A stretch of 64,000 nucleotides of DNA from Candidatus Moraniibacteriota bacterium (GTDB lineage Bacteria > Patescibacteriota > Minisyncoccia > Moranbacterales > GWC2-37-73): positions 233,908 to 297,907 of the forward strand of contig DAOOTD010000002.1 in NCBI GenBank assembly GCA_035390125.1, in the 5' to 3' direction. Shown here one piece after another: positions 20,142-30,540 of the stretch. The position numbers were made by a program, and so were the translations under genes. Under the pieces are notes generated by a model, which saw only the letters and a program-made list of their open reading frames with translations, searched no databases and was not told where the DNA came from. Positions within the stretch are counted from its first letter, which is position 1. Each line of letters opens with the position of its first letter.

Positions 20142-20771
20142 ATGGCAAAGGTTGCAGTATACAATTTAGAAGGTAAAAAAATAGAGGATCTGGAAGTTTC
20201 AGACGCTGTGTTTGGTTTGAAATTAAACAATGAATTGCTTCATCAGGTTTTTATGATTATTTCAGGTAACCAAAGAAACTCTATAGCTCACACAAAAGGC
20301 AAAGGAGAAGTGGCTGGAAGTGGGAAAAAACCATTTAGACAAAAAGGTACTGGAAATGCAAGACAAGGTCAAAAAAGAAATCCTGTAATGAAGGGTGGAG
20401 GCGTTTCTTTTGGGCCAACTAAAGATAGAAATTTTAAGAGAGCTTTGAACAAAAAAATGAAAAGCAAAGCTCTGTGTGTTTCAATAAGTGATAAACTTAA
20501 TAATGGCAATTTGATAGCAGTTGACAGTTTTAAAATTGAAAAAAATAAAACAAAAATATTTGCTGAAGCTCTGAAAAATTTAGATATTAAAGGAAAAATA
20601 TTGGTTAGTTTTTTAGATAAGGAAAAGGATTTAATATTAGCCAGTAGGAATATTAGAAATATCAAAAATATAATGACTAAGGATTTAAATGTTATGGAGT
20701 TGTTGAATAATAAGTATTTGCTGGTCAGCAAAGATTCAATAAAGTATATAGAGGATAAATATAAAAAATAG
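20142..20771 (+). CDS. rplD: 50S ribosomal protein L4
   Basis: GKKPFRQKGTGNARQG. Confidence 0.97.
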   Translation: MAKVAVYNLEGKKIEDLEVSDAVFGLKLNNELLHQVFMIISGNQRNSIAHTKGKGEVAGSGKKPFRQKGTGNARQGQKRNPVMKGGGVSFGPTKDRNFKRALNKKMKSKALCVSISDKLNNGNLIAVDSFKIEKNKTKIFAEALKNLDIKGKILVSFLDKEKDLILASRNIRNIKNIMTKDLNVMELLNNKYLLVSKDSIKYIEDKYKK

Positions 20772-20783
20772 GTAGAAAATTTT

Positions 20784-21146
20784 ATGGCAGAAAAAAAGGA
20801 AAAAAAACAACCAAAAGAGGTTATTGCAAAAAACAATAATATTTATATTAGTGATAATTCAGAAGTAGCCCGCAATGTTCTTGTTGAACCTTGGATTACA
20901 GAAAAATCTCATAATGGAATTATTGACAACAAATACACCTTTAGGATTTCTAAAGATGCAACAAAAAAACAAGTGAAAAATGCAATTGAAGGATTTTATA
21001 AAGTTAAAGTTGAAAAAATTAGCGTAGTTAATCTAAAGCCTAAATGGAGATCATATGGAAGATATGGAGGTAGTAAATCTGCTGTCAGAAAGGCGATAGT
21101 AACTTTAGAAAAAGGAGCTAAAATAGAATTATTTAGAGGAGTATAA
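20784..21146 (+). CDS. rplW: 50S ribosomal protein L23
   Basis: PWITEKS, ATKKQVKNAIE, RKAIVTL. Confidence 0.95.
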   Translation: MAEKKEKKQPKEVIAKNNNIYISDNSEVARNVLVEPWITEKSHNGIIDNKYTFRISKDATKKQVKNAIEGFYKVKVEKISVVNLKPKWRSYGRYGGSKSAVRKAIVTLEKGAKIELFRGV

Positions 21147-21153
21147 TAAAAAT

Positions 21154-21984
21154 ATGGCGATAAAAATATATAAGAAAAATACAGCCGGAAGGAGAAATAT
21201 GTCGATTGTGAAACCGGATAATTTGACCGATAAAAAACCGGAAAAATATTTACTTTCACCGATAATTAAAAAATCAGGCAGATCTAATGGTAAAATATCC
21301 ACCCGACATCAAGGGGGAGGTCACAAGAGGCGATATAGATTAGTTGATTTCAAACAGCAAAAATTCGATATTTCTGGAAGAATAGTGGCTATTGAGAAAG
21401 ATCCTAATAGAAGTTCCCTTATAGCATTAGTTTCATATAAAGATGGAGATAAAAGATATATTTTAGCAACAGAAGAAATATCGGCAGGAGATCAAATTTT
21501 AACATCAGCCAATGCTCCTATAAAAAAGGGTAATAGGACATTATTGAAAAATATACCCTATGGAACAATTATTTCAAACGTTGAGTTGATGCCAGGTAAA
21601 GGCGGTCAAATTATAAGAAGCGCTGGAAGCGGAGCTATGCTAATGGCTATTGATGGAAAAATGGCTCAAATTAAAATGTCTTCAGGTGAAGTGCGTTTAA
21701 TTAGTGAGAATTGTTATGCTACAATCGGAAGAGTAAGTAATTTTGAACATAGTGCGGAAAGGATTGGAAAAGCCGGAAGAAATAGGTGGAAAGGGAAAAG
21801 ACCAGCGGTCAGAGGAAGTGCGATGAATCCCATAGATCATCCGCATGGAGGAGGAGAGGGTCGCCAGGGAGTAGGACTTAAATATCCCAAGACACCATGG
21901 GGAAAACCAGCATTAGGAAAAAAGACAAGGAAGAAAAAAAGATATAGTAATAAGTTTATAGTTAAAAGAAGATCTAAAAAATAA
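21154..21984 (+). CDS. rplB: 50S ribosomal protein L2
   Basis: DPNRS, VRGSAMNPIDHPHGGGEG. Confidence 0.99.
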   Translation: MAIKIYKKNTAGRRNMSIVKPDNLTDKKPEKYLLSPIIKKSGRSNGKISTRHQGGGHKRRYRLVDFKQQKFDISGRIVAIEKDPNRSSLIALVSYKDGDKRYILATEEISAGDQILTSANAPIKKGNRTLLKNIPYGTIISNVELMPGKGGQIIRSAGSGAMLMAIDGKMAQIKMSSGEVRLISENCYATIGRVSNFEHSAERIGKAGRNRWKGKRPAVRGSAMNPIDHPHGGGEGRQGVGLKYPKTPWGKPALGKKTRKKKRYSNKFIVKRRSKK

Positions 21985-22005
21985 GAATTCATTTTTGAAT
22001 AAATT

Positions 22006-22356
22006 ATGTCGCGAAGTCTAAAAAAGGGTCCATATGTAGATCCAAGGTTGCTCAAAAAAGTTACTGATGCAAAACCAGGAGCTGGAATAATTAAGACATG
22101 GTCAAGAGCATGTGTTATTGCACCTGAAATGATAGGGCATACCTTTGGTGTACATAATGGAAAGGAATTTATATCTGTATATGTGACTGAAGAAATGGTA
22201 GGCCACAGGCTAGGAGAATTTTCCCCAACACGTAAGTTTACAAGACATGGAGGAAAAATGCAGAAAGAATTGGAACTGGCTGCAAAACAAAAGGTGCAGG
22301 AAGCAGCTAAAGCAGCTAAAGAGGAAGCAGTAAGTAATGGGAAAGGGAAAAAATAA
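22006..22356 (+). CDS. rpsS: 30S ribosomal protein S19
   Basis: [25 protein letters not shown]. Confidence 0.98.
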   Translation: MSRSLKKGPYVDPRLLKKVTDAKPGAGIIKTWSRACVIAPEMIGHTFGVHNGKEFISVYVTEEMVGHRLGEFSPTRKFTRHGGKMQKELELAAKQKVQEAAKAAKEEAVSNGKGKK

Positions 22357-22383
22357 TTATGATGTTAGAATTTTTAAAATATT

Positions 22384-22962
22384 ATGAAAGTTAAGGCAAC
22401 GCTAAAAAATTTAAGAATTTCTCCGAGAAAAGTACGTCTAGTCACAGGCAGTATTATAGGTATGGACTCAAATTCAGCCTTAGTTCAACTTAAGCATGTA
22501 GTTAAAAAAACAAGCGGAATATTGGAAAAACTTCTGATTAGCGCATTAGCAAATGCAGAAAACAATTTTGGTTTAGACAGAGATAATATGTTTGTAAGTA
22601 ACATAACTGTAGAAGAAGGTTCCAGACTGAAGAGATGGCTACCTAGGGCGCAAGGAAGAGCTACTCTTATTTTAAAGCGCACTTGTCATATTAAAATGGA
22701 GATTGAGGAAAGAGTAGAGGGTAAAAATAGGAAATCTAAGCAACAATTGGAAAAAGAACGTGCAAAACGTGAGGCAGAAAAAAAGAAAATTCTAGAAGAA
22801 AATGAAAAGAGGCTTGAAAAAGAAGAAAAAGAAAGGCAAAATGAAGAAATAAAATCTACAGAAAAATCTTCTGCAGAAAAGATGTTACCGAAAAGCGAGA
22901 CAGTAAAAAAAGGACAGGAAAAAGGTTTCTTAAAAAAAGTTTTTCAACGGAAATCAGTATAG
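22384..22962 (+). CDS. rplV: 50S ribosomal protein L22 with long charged C-terminal extension
   Basis: RISPRKVRLV, SALANAENN, PRAQGRA. Confidence 0.97.
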   Translation: MKVKATLKNLRISPRKVRLVTGSIIGMDSNSALVQLKHVVKKTSGILEKLLISALANAENNFGLDRDNMFVSNITVEEGSRLKRWLPRAQGRATLILKRTCHIKMEIEERVEGKNRKSKQQLEKERAKREAEKKKILEENEKRLEKEEKERQNEEIKSTEKSSAEKMLPKSETVKKGQEKGFLKKVFQRKSV

Positions 22963-23063
22963 TTAAAGATTAAAAATCAAATACGAATAAATAGTATGGT
23001 TGTAGGTTTTATATGGAAAATATTAAAGTAGTGTGAATTATTAATTAGTATAGAAAATCAATC

Positions 23064-23711
23064 ATGGGACATAAAGTTAATCCAACAGGTCTGCGCCTCG
23101 GGATTACCACAACATGGAAATCACGATGGTTTGCAGGAAAAGATTATAAGAAAAAACTCAAAGAGGATGTTCAGATCCGTAGTTTTGTCATGAAGAAATG
23201 GAAAACAGCTGCAATAGCTGATGTTGAAATTGAACGCAATGCTAATACTCTAAATTTGATAATCAAAACATCTCGCCCGGGAGTTTTGATAGGTAGGGGG
23301 GGGACCGGAATTGGAGATATGATCAAAATCGTAAAAGATAAATTTTTTGCCGGTAAAAAGATAGATTTAAAAATCGAAGCTCAAGAAGTTAGGCAATTTG
23401 AAGAAAATGCTTCTTTAGTTGCTCAAAATGTGTCAGAACAATTAGAAAAAAGAATTCCATTTAGAAGGATTTTAAAATCGTCACTAGATCAGGTTGAAAA
23501 AAATAAGAACATTAAAGGAGTTAAAATTGAAGTATCTGGGCGCTTAGGTGGGGCTGAAATGTCCAGAAGAGAATGGCTCTCAAGGGGAACTGTGCCGCTA
23601 CACACACTTAGGGCTGATATTGATTTTGCTAGAGCGACTGCTTTTACAACATATGGAGCAATTGGAGTAAAAGTTTGGATTTATAAAGGAGAGATTTTTG
23701 AACGTGAGTAA
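23064..23711 (+). CDS. rpsC: 30S ribosomal protein S3
   Basis: MGHKVNPTGLRLG, PLHTLRADID. Confidence 0.98.
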   Translation: MGHKVNPTGLRLGITTTWKSRWFAGKDYKKKLKEDVQIRSFVMKKWKTAAIADVEIERNANTLNLIIKTSRPGVLIGRGGTGIGDMIKIVKDKFFAGKKIDLKIEAQEVRQFEENASLVAQNVSEQLEKRIPFRRILKSSLDQVEKNKNIKGVKIEVSGRLGGAEMSRREWLSRGTVPLHTLRADIDFARATAFTTYGAIGVKVWIYKGEIFERE

Positions 23712-23775
23712 TTATGAATCAATGATAAATATATTAGGATGAATTCAATTAAAAATTAGATAAGTTTGCAAATAT

Positions 23776-24189
23776 ATGTTAATGCCGAAAAAAGTAAAAC
23801 ACAGAAAAATACACCGAGGCGGAGCCATCCGCGGGGTTGCAACCAAAGGAAATACGATAAGTTTTGGAAGTTTTGGGCTTAAAGCAATGACCTCAGGTTT
23901 AATTTCCGCCCGTCAAATAGAAGCAGCTCGTCGTGCTATGACAAGATACATAAAGCGTGGAGGAAAAATTTGGATTAGAATTTTTCCTGACAAGCCTATG
24001 ACAAAAAAGGGTGACGAAACTCCTATGGGTAAAGGTAAGGGTAGTGTTGATCATTTTGTAGCTAAAACAAAACAAGGCAGAGTTTTATTTGAAATGGATG
24101 GAGTTTCAGAAGATTTAGCTAGAGAAGCAATGCGTCTAGCATCTCACAAACTAAATGTAAAAACGAAATTTTTGGTTAAAGATAAATAA
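23776..24189 (+). CDS. rplP: 50S ribosomal protein L16
   Basis: [25 protein letters not shown]. Confidence 0.98.
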   Translation: MLMPKKVKHRKIHRGGAIRGVATKGNTISFGSFGLKAMTSGLISARQIEAARRAMTRYIKRGGKIWIRIFPDKPMTKKGDETPMGKGKGSVDHFVAKTKQGRVLFEMDGVSEDLAREAMRLASHKLNVKTKFLVKDK

Positions 24190-24190
24190 T

Positions 24191-24379
24191 ATGGACATCA
24201 AAGAAATTAGAAATATGAATATTGAACAGCTAAAAAAACTTGTTGAGGAAAAAAGATCACAGGTAGTTAAGCTTAAGTTTGATATTTCCGCCAAACAATT
24301 GAAAAATCATAGGCAATACAGAACTATCAGAAAAGATATATCTCAAATATTAACGATAATAAAAGAAGTTGAAAAATAA
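24191..24379 (+). CDS. rpmC: 50S ribosomal protein L29
   Basis: Position after rplP; IRKDISQILT. Confidence 0.9.
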   Translation: MDIKEIRNMNIEQLKKLVEEKRSQVVKLKFDISAKQLKNHRQYRTIRKDISQILTIIKEVEK

Positions 24380-24395
24380 CAAGGAAATCACAAAT

Positions 24396-24626
24396 ATGGA
24401 TAAAAAAATAGCCAAGAAAAAAGGAATAGTTATTAGTGATAAAATGGATAAAACAATCATTGTTGCTGTCCGTACCATGAAAACGCATCCGAAATATTTA
24501 AAGAAATATTTAGCAAAGAAAAAATATAAAGTTCATGATCCTGAGAATAAATTTAAAAAAGGTGATACAGTTGAGTTTGTCCAATGTAAACCCATAAGTA
24601 AAGATAAAAGTCATATAGTAGCATAA
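24396..24626 (+). CDS. rpsQ: 30S ribosomal protein S17
   Basis: GIVISDKMDKT, HPKY, KPISK. Confidence 0.95.
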   Translation: MDKKIAKKKGIVISDKMDKTIIVAVRTMKTHPKYLKKYLAKKKYKVHDPENKFKKGDTVEFVQCKPISKDKSHIVA

Positions 24627-24668
24627 CATTTGTATAAGAAAAATATATTATAAATTCGATAAAATTAT

Positions 24669-25034
24669 ATGATTCAGGCAGAAACAAGATTAAAAGCAGC
24701 TGACAACACTGGAGCTAAAATAATAGAATGCTTTAAGGTTCTTGGCGGTACACGCAGACGATATGCTTCTATCGGAGATATAATTGTTTGCAGTGTTAAA
24801 TCAGCAGAACCAAGGGGTATGATTAAAAAAGGAGAAAAAGTACGTGCAGTTATTGTACGTCAGAAAAAGGCACTACGCAGAAAAGATGGGTCTTACATAC
24901 GTTTTGATGAAAATGCTGCCGTAATTTTAGAAGGAAAAGAACCTAAAGGAACTAGAATCTTCGGACCAGTTACAAGGGAATTGAGAGAAAAAGGATATAC
25001 AAAAATAATTTCATTAGCACCGGAAGTACTATAA
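24669..25034 (+). CDS. rplN: 50S ribosomal protein L14
   Basis: [24 protein letters not shown]. Confidence 0.99.
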   Translation: MIQAETRLKAADNTGAKIIECFKVLGGTRRRYASIGDIIVCSVKSAEPRGMIKKGEKVRAVIVRQKKALRRKDGSYIRFDENAAVILEGKEPKGTRIFGPVTRELREKGYTKIISLAPEVL

Positions 25035-25062
25035 AAATAATATTGAAGAAAATATAAATTAT

Positions 25063-25368
25063 ATGAGAATTAAAAAAGGCGATATAGTAAAGAAAATAAC
25101 AGGTAAAGATAAAGGAAAAGAAGGAAAAGTTATCCGTACCATTCCTGTTGAAAATAAAATTGTCGTTGAAAAGATGAATATAATAAAAAAGCATCAAAAA
25201 CCTCGCAGGCAGGGAGAAAAAGGTCAACGCGTGGAAATACCGGCGCCTTTTGATGTTTCGAATGCAATTCTTGTTTGTCCTGCATGTGGGAAAACAACCA
25301 GAGTTTCATATAAGTTTGTTAATGATAAAAAATTGCGTATCTGTAAAAAATGTAGTAAAGAATTTTAA
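25063..25368 (+). CDS. rplX: 50S ribosomal protein L24
   Basis: IKKGD..GKDKGK KOW motif; carries CxxC..CxxC. Confidence 0.97.
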   Translation: MRIKKGDIVKKITGKDKGKEGKVIRTIPVENKIVVEKMNIIKKHQKPRRQGEKGQRVEIPAPFDVSNAILVCPACGKTTRVSYKFVNDKKLRICKKCSKEF

Positions 25369-25383
25369 TACTATTTCTAAAAT

Positions 25384-25935
25384 ATGAACATAATTCCAAT
25401 AAGAGATAAATATTTTAATAAAGCTATATCTGAAATGAAGAAAAATTTCGGATATAAGAATGTTATGGCAGTGCCTAGGATTAAAAAGGTTATTGTTAAT
25501 GTTGGAATTGGAAAAATAGCCAAAGAAAACGATAAAATTGAAGAAGTCGTAAATTCAATTACTGCGATTACAGGACAGAAGCCTGTTAAAGTAAAAGCAA
25601 AAAAAGCTATTTCTGGTTTTAAAGTAAGAGAAGGCATGGAAGTCGGAGTAAAAGTGACTTTACGTGGAAAAAGAATGTGGCAATTTATTGATCGATTAGT
25701 TAGTGCAACTCTTCCGAGAACAAGAGATTTTCAGGGAATTAATATAAAATCAGTTGATAATGGTGGTAATCTCAATATAGGCATAAAAGAGCATATGATT
25801 TTTCCAGAAATTTCTCCTGAAAAAGTAAAATATACTTTTGGATTACAGACAACTATTTCAACAGATGCAAATTCACAAAAAGAGGGGCTGGAATTGTTTA
25901 AATTATTGGGTTTTCCCATAAAAAATGATAATTAA
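25384..25935 (+). CDS. rplE: 50S ribosomal protein L5
   Basis: [21 protein letters not shown]. Confidence 0.98.
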   Translation: MNIIPIRDKYFNKAISEMKKNFGYKNVMAVPRIKKVIVNVGIGKIAKENDKIEEVVNSITAITGQKPVKVKAKKAISGFKVREGMEVGVKVTLRGKRMWQFIDRLVSATLPRTRDFQGINIKSVDNGGNLNIGIKEHMIFPEISPEKVKYTFGLQTTISTDANSQKEGLELFKLLGFPIKNDN

Positions 25936-25949
25936 TAAAGGATAATAAA

Positions 25950-26135
25950 ATGGCTAAGACATCCACATACGCTCGAGCAGAAAAAAAACCAAAGTTTTCA
26001 ACACGCATAGTGCGCCGTTGTTGGCGGTGCGGGCGGAAGCATGGATATATTCGTGCTTATGATATATGCAGAATTTGTTTTAGAGAATTAGCCAGTAAAG
26101 GAGAACTGCCGGGAGTTAAAAAAAGCAGCTGGTAA
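25950..26135 (+). CDS. rpsN: 30S ribosomal protein S14 (zinc-binding type Z)
   Basis: [26 protein letters not shown]. Confidence 0.98.
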   Translation: MAKTSTYARAEKKPKFSTRIVRRCWRCGRKHGYIRAYDICRICFRELASKGELPGVKKSSW

Positions 26136-26202
26136 AAAAAAGTGCAATTAATATTATAAATAATAGATTTTTGAGTTTTAAATTTTGAATTAAATAAAGA
26201 AT

Positions 26203-26607
26203 ATGTTAGATCCAATAGCAGACATGCTTACAAGAATTAGAAACGCACAAAGAGCGAAACATAATGAAGTTTTAGTTCCTTTTTCAGCGTTGAAAATGTC
26301 TATTGCTGAAATTTTAAAGCAACGCAATTTTATAGAATCAGTTGAAAAAAAGACTGAAGGTAATTTTTCAATGTTGAAAATTATTCTAAAATATGACGTG
26401 CTTTCTAACACTGAAAAAAACCCTGCCATTAGGGAGATAAAAAGAATTAGCCGCCAGGGCCAAAGGATTTATGTTAAAAAAGATGGCATAAAAAGAGTTA
26501 AAAATGGATATGGTATTTCAGTGATATCAACATCAAAAGGGATTATGACCGGAGAAAATGCCAAAAAAATAGGATTGGGAGGAGAGATAATTTGTGAAGT
26601 TTGGTAA
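26203..26607 (+). CDS. rpsH: 30S ribosomal protein S8
   Basis: DPIADMLTRIRNA, STSKGIM, GGEIIC. Confidence 0.98.
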   Translation: MLDPIADMLTRIRNAQRAKHNEVLVPFSALKMSIAEILKQRNFIESVEKKTEGNFSMLKIILKYDVLSNTEKNPAIREIKRISRQGQRIYVKKDGIKRVKNGYGISVISTSKGIMTGENAKKIGLGGEIICEVW

Positions 26608-26629
26608 GATTATATAATTTATAATAATT

Positions 26630-27166
26630 ATGAGTAGAATAGGAAAAAAACCATTAATTATTCCCCAGGATGTAATAGTAACGATAGATAAAAATCTAGT
26701 TACTGTTAAAGGTTCTAAAGGTGCTCTTGAATTCGAACATAATTTCAATGTTTCAGTTAAAGTTGTAGAAAATAATGTTATTATCGAGAAAGAAGGGAAA
26801 AGCAAAGATACTCCTGCAATTTGGGGAACAACAGCTAGAATTATTGAAAATATGATTGAAGGAGTGTCGAAGGGATTCAAGAAACAACTTGAATTAAATG
26901 GTGTTGGTTTTCGCATGTCAGTTGCTGGCAAAAAAATTAATCTAGCCTTAGGATTTTCACACCCAGTTGTAGTTGATGTGCCTGAAGGCATAGATGTTTC
27001 GATAGAAGGCAACACTATGACTATATCAGGTATAGACAAGCATAAAGTTGGCCAATTCTCGGCAAATATCAGGGCATTTAAACCAGTAGAACCTTATAAA
27101 GGAAAAGGTTTTAAATATGTTGGAGAATATGTACGCAGAAAAGAAGGTAAAAAGTCAGCCAAATAA
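26630..27166 (+). CDS. rplF: 50S ribosomal protein L6
   Basis: MSRIGKKP, LGFSHP, EPYKGKG. Confidence 0.98.
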   Translation: MSRIGKKPLIIPQDVIVTIDKNLVTVKGSKGALEFEHNFNVSVKVVENNVIIEKEGKSKDTPAIWGTTARIIENMIEGVSKGFKKQLELNGVGFRMSVAGKKINLALGFSHPVVVDVPEGIDVSIEGNTMTISGIDKHKVGQFSANIRAFKPVEPYKGKGFKYVGEYVRRKEGKKSAK

Positions 27167-27188
27167 AAAATATAAAGTATAGAAAGTT

Positions 27189-27539
27189 ATGATAAAGACA
27201 GAAAAAAAATCAAGCCGTTTGCAGAGGAAAAAAAGAGTTCGGGCAAAAGTCTTTGGAACCGCTGAACGTCCCCGTTTAGCTGTGTTTAAAAGTCTGCACG
27301 GGATATATGCGCAAGTTATTGATGATGCTAAAGGTAAAACCCTTGCTAGTGCAAGTCTTTCGGAAATAAAGAAAATTAAAAATACTATGGATGGTGCAAA
27401 GGAAGTTGGAAAACTTATAGCAAAAAAATGCATAGAGATTAAGATAACATCAGTGGTATATGATCGTGCAGGCTATAAATATCATGGTAAGATAAGATTT
27501 TTAGCAGAAGGTGCAAGAGAGGGTGGGTTAAAATTTTAA
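27189..27539 (+). CDS. rplR: 50S ribosomal protein L18
   Basis: RPRLAVFKS, YHGKI..AREGGLKF. Confidence 0.98.
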   Translation: MIKTEKKSSRLQRKKRVRAKVFGTAERPRLAVFKSLHGIYAQVIDDAKGKTLASASLSEIKKIKNTMDGAKEVGKLIAKKCIEIKITSVVYDRAGYKYHGKIRFLAEGAREGGLKF

Positions 27540-27571
27540 TCAATAAATAACAAGATTGAATTGTTCATATT

Positions 27572-28072
27572 ATGAATAAGAAAAATAATAAAAAAAATAT
27601 ACGCCGAGAAAAGCCAGAATTCGAACAGAAACTTCTTGATTTGGCTCGCGTTACCCGCGTGGTAAAAGGAGGACGCAGATTCCGTTTTCGTGCAACCTTA
27701 GTTATAGGTGATAGAAAGGGGAAGGTTGGCGTTGGTGTTGCAAAAGGAGCTGATGTTTCTGATGCTATTCAAAAAGCTTATAATGACGCAAAAAAATCAC
27801 TTATTACAGTAAAGCTCTCAGGAAACACTATTTCTCATGATGTTAAAATGAAATTAGGAAGCGCTAAAGTTATGCTTAAGCCAGTATCAGAGGGACGTGG
27901 TGTAATAGCAGGAGGAGCTGTACGCGCAGTAGTTGATTTAGCCGGAGTAAGAGACATTGTTTCAAAATCTCTTGGTACCTCAAATAAGCTTAATGTAGCT
28001 AGAGCTACGGTTGCAGCTTTAAAAAGTTTAAAAAAACCAAAAATCAAAGAAAGTAAAGAAGAAAATAAATAA
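27572..28072 (+). CDS. rpsE: 30S ribosomal protein S5
   Basis: RVTRVVKGGRRFRF, GVIAGG. Confidence 0.98.
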   Translation: MNKKNNKKNIRREKPEFEQKLLDLARVTRVVKGGRRFRFRATLVIGDRKGKVGVGVAKGADVSDAIQKAYNDAKKSLITVKLSGNTISHDVKMKLGSAKVMLKPVSEGRGVIAGGAVRAVVDLAGVRDIVSKSLGTSNKLNVARATVAALKSLKKPKIKESKEENK

Positions 28073-28093
28073 AATATTTTTCAGGATAATATT

Positions 28094-28540
28094 ATGCAAA
28101 TTCACCAACTTAAAATTAAAAAACGCAAGACTAAAAAAACGGTCGGCCGTGGCGGTAAAAGAGGAACATATTCAGGTCGTGGAAATAAAGGTCAAAAAGC
28201 AAGGTCAGGAGCACCAATTGATCCACTTTTTGAAGGAGGAAGATCTTCTTTAATCATGCGTTTGAAAAAAGTTAGAGGATTTAAATCTGTTAGTCTTAAA
28301 AAAAATGTAGTGAAACTCGATGCTCTTGAGAAATCATTTAAGGATGGGGATATAGTTTCTATGGAAAGCCTGATATCATCAAAACTTATAAAAAAATCTG
28401 ATAAAAAAAATAGTGTCAAAATTCTGGCTACAGGAATAATTAAAAAGAAACTTACAATTTCAAGTGGAATTTTTCTTTCACAAACCGCTAAAGATGCTAT
28501 TATTAAAGCAGGCGGGAAAATACAAAATTCAGAAAAATAA
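28094..28540 (+). CDS. rplO: 50S ribosomal protein L15
   Basis: VGRGG..GRGNKGQKARSG, FEGG. Confidence 0.97.
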   Translation: MQIHQLKIKKRKTKKTVGRGGKRGTYSGRGNKGQKARSGAPIDPLFEGGRSSLIMRLKKVRGFKSVSLKKNVVKLDALEKSFKDGDIVSMESLISSKLIKKSDKKNSVKILATGIIKKKLTISSGIFLSQTAKDAIIKAGGKIQNSEK

Positions 28541-28606
28541 TTTTTTAGCTAATTGACAACTTTAAGAGAAAAAACTAATTCATAAAGGGGATTTAAAATC
28601 TTTCTT

Positions 28607-29878
28607 ATGTTAGAAAAAATAACGCAAATTTTCAAAGTACGAGAACTTAGAAATAAGATATTTTTTATATTGGTTATTCTTGTTATTTTTAGAATTGCAG
28701 CAAACATTCCTCTACCAGGAGTTAATGTTGATCAATTGCGCAGTCTTTTCGAAAGCAATCAGCTTCTCGGAATGCTGAATATATTTTCAGGAGGAGGTCT
28801 TTCGAATATATCTATTGTTATGCTTGGAGTTGGTCCATATATTACAGCTTCAATCATTATGCAGCTTTTAACTATGGTAGTTCCTCGCATTGAACAAATG
28901 TATAAAGAAGAAGGCGAGGCAGGAAGGCAAAAGTTTAATATGTGGACGAGATGGTTTACTGTTCCATTGGCAGCATTGCAGACATTCAGCATGATTACGC
29001 TTCTGCGTTCACAAAATGTCCTTCAGGTGACATCTGTTTATGATGTTGCAACTATTGTTATAGTAGCTACAGCTGGTACAATTTTACTTATGTGGCTCGG
29101 TGAACTTATAACCGAAAAAGGAATAGGCAATGGAGTGTCGCTCATAATATTTGCCGGAATCGTAAGCTCATTACCATCTGGTTTTTCACAAGTATTACTG
29201 ACTTTTGATTCAACTCAAATTTTTATATATGCTGCTCTTTTAATAGCAACTCTTATAACTATAGCTGGGATAGTTATGGTTACGGAAGGGCAACGCAATA
29301 TTCCAGTTTCCTATGCAAAACGAATTAGGGGAGATAAGACCTATGGAGGTGTGCAATCGCATCTTCCACTTCGTGTAAATCAAGCAGGCGTAATTCCAAT
29401 AATATTCGCTATGTCCATAATGCTCTTTCCCGGAATGATAGCCTCTTTTTTGATGAAGGTTAATAATCAATTCGTCGCTAATAGTGCCGAATTCATATAT
29501 AATCTTTTTCAGAACCAATGGTTTTATGGTGGACTTTATTTTTTGCTAGTTGTCATGTTTACATATTTTTATACAGCCGTAGTGTTTGATCCGGTTAAGA
29601 TTTCTGAGAATCTTCAAAAACAAGGCGGATACGTTCCTGGTATACGTCCTGGAAAAACAACGGCAGATTTTCTTTATAAAATCATGAACCGTATTACTCT
29701 GACGGGTTCAATTTTTTTAGGAGCAATTGCAGTCCTTCCTTTTGTTATTCAAGGTCTGACAAATATACAATTTATCAGGATAGGAGGTACAAGCATACTT
29801 ATAGTAGTAGCAGTTGTTATAGAGACAATAAAGCAAATAGAAAGTCAGTTAGTAATGAGAGATTACGAAGGATTTTAA
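28607..29878 (+). CDS. secY: Preprotein translocase SecY
   Basis: PYITASIIMQLL, GIGNGVSL, GVIPIIFA, PGIRPG. Confidence 0.99.
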   Translation: MLEKITQIFKVRELRNKIFFILVILVIFRIAANIPLPGVNVDQLRSLFESNQLLGMLNIFSGGGLSNISIVMLGVGPYITASIIMQLLTMVVPRIEQMYKEEGEAGRQKFNMWTRWFTVPLAALQTFSMITLLRSQNVLQVTSVYDVATIVIVATAGTILLMWLGELITEKGIGNGVSLIIFAGIVSSLPSGFSQVLLTFDSTQIFIYAALLIATLITIAGIVMVTEGQRNIPVSYAKRIRGDKTYGGVQSHLPLRVNQAGVIPIIFAMSIMLFPGMIASFLMKVNNQFVANSAEFIYNLFQNQWFYGGLYFLLVVMFTYFYTAVVFDPVKISENLQKQGGYVPGIRPGKTTADFLYKIMNRITLTGSIFLGAIAVLPFVIQGLTNIQFIRIGGTSILIVVAVVIETIKQIESQLVMRDYEGF

Positions 29879-29899
29879 AAAATAAAATTTGAGACGAAA

Positions 29900-30538
29900 A
29901 TGAATCTTATAATATTTGGTCCGCAGGGATGTGGTAAGGGGACACAAGCAGAAAAAATTTCCGAAAAATATAACCTTGTGCATATTGAAACGGGAAACAT
30001 TTTTCGTAAAATTGGTAGAGAGAATACATCCTTAGGCAAAAAAATCAGCATTTTAAATGAAAAAAAGGAAATGATTCCTGATGAAATAATGGTTGAAGTT
30101 CTTGGCAACGAGCTTAAAAAAGTTCCAGCCGAAAAAGGTATAATATTGGACAGCGCGCCAAGACTTACAAGTCAGATTACGCTCATAGAAAATATGCTGA
30201 AAAATATTAACAGGTCTATAGATAGGGCTATATCCATAACTCTGTCGCGTGAGGAATCTATAAAAAGAATAAGCAAACGTTACATCTGTCCTTCGTGTAA
30301 TAAGCAATTTATTTTAGGTGAAGATATAGAAAATAAAAACATGCCTTGTCCAAAGTGTGGCGATCAGATCAGGCAGCGTTTTGATGATACTCCGGAAGGT
30401 GTTAAAAAACGTCTTGATACATTTCAAAAAGTCACTGTTCCTGTCATTGAATATTACCGGAAAAAAGATATGCTTGTTGAGGTGGATGGCAGGCAAAGCG
30501 TAGAAAAAGTTTTTAAGGATATTATAGAAAATTTATAA
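29900..30538 (+). CDS. adk: Adenylate kinase (zinc lid)
   Basis: GPQGCGKGTQ P-loop; CPSC..CPKC lid; follows secY. Confidence 0.93.
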   Translation: MNLIIFGPQGCGKGTQAEKISEKYNLVHIETGNIFRKIGRENTSLGKKISILNEKKEMIPDEIMVEVLGNELKKVPAEKGIILDSAPRLTSQITLIENMLKNINRSIDRAISITLSREESIKRISKRYICPSCNKQFILGEDIENKNMPCPKCGDQIRQRFDDTPEGVKKRLDTFQKVTVPVIEYYRKKDMLVEVDGRQSVEKVFKDIIENL

Positions 30539-30540
30539 AT

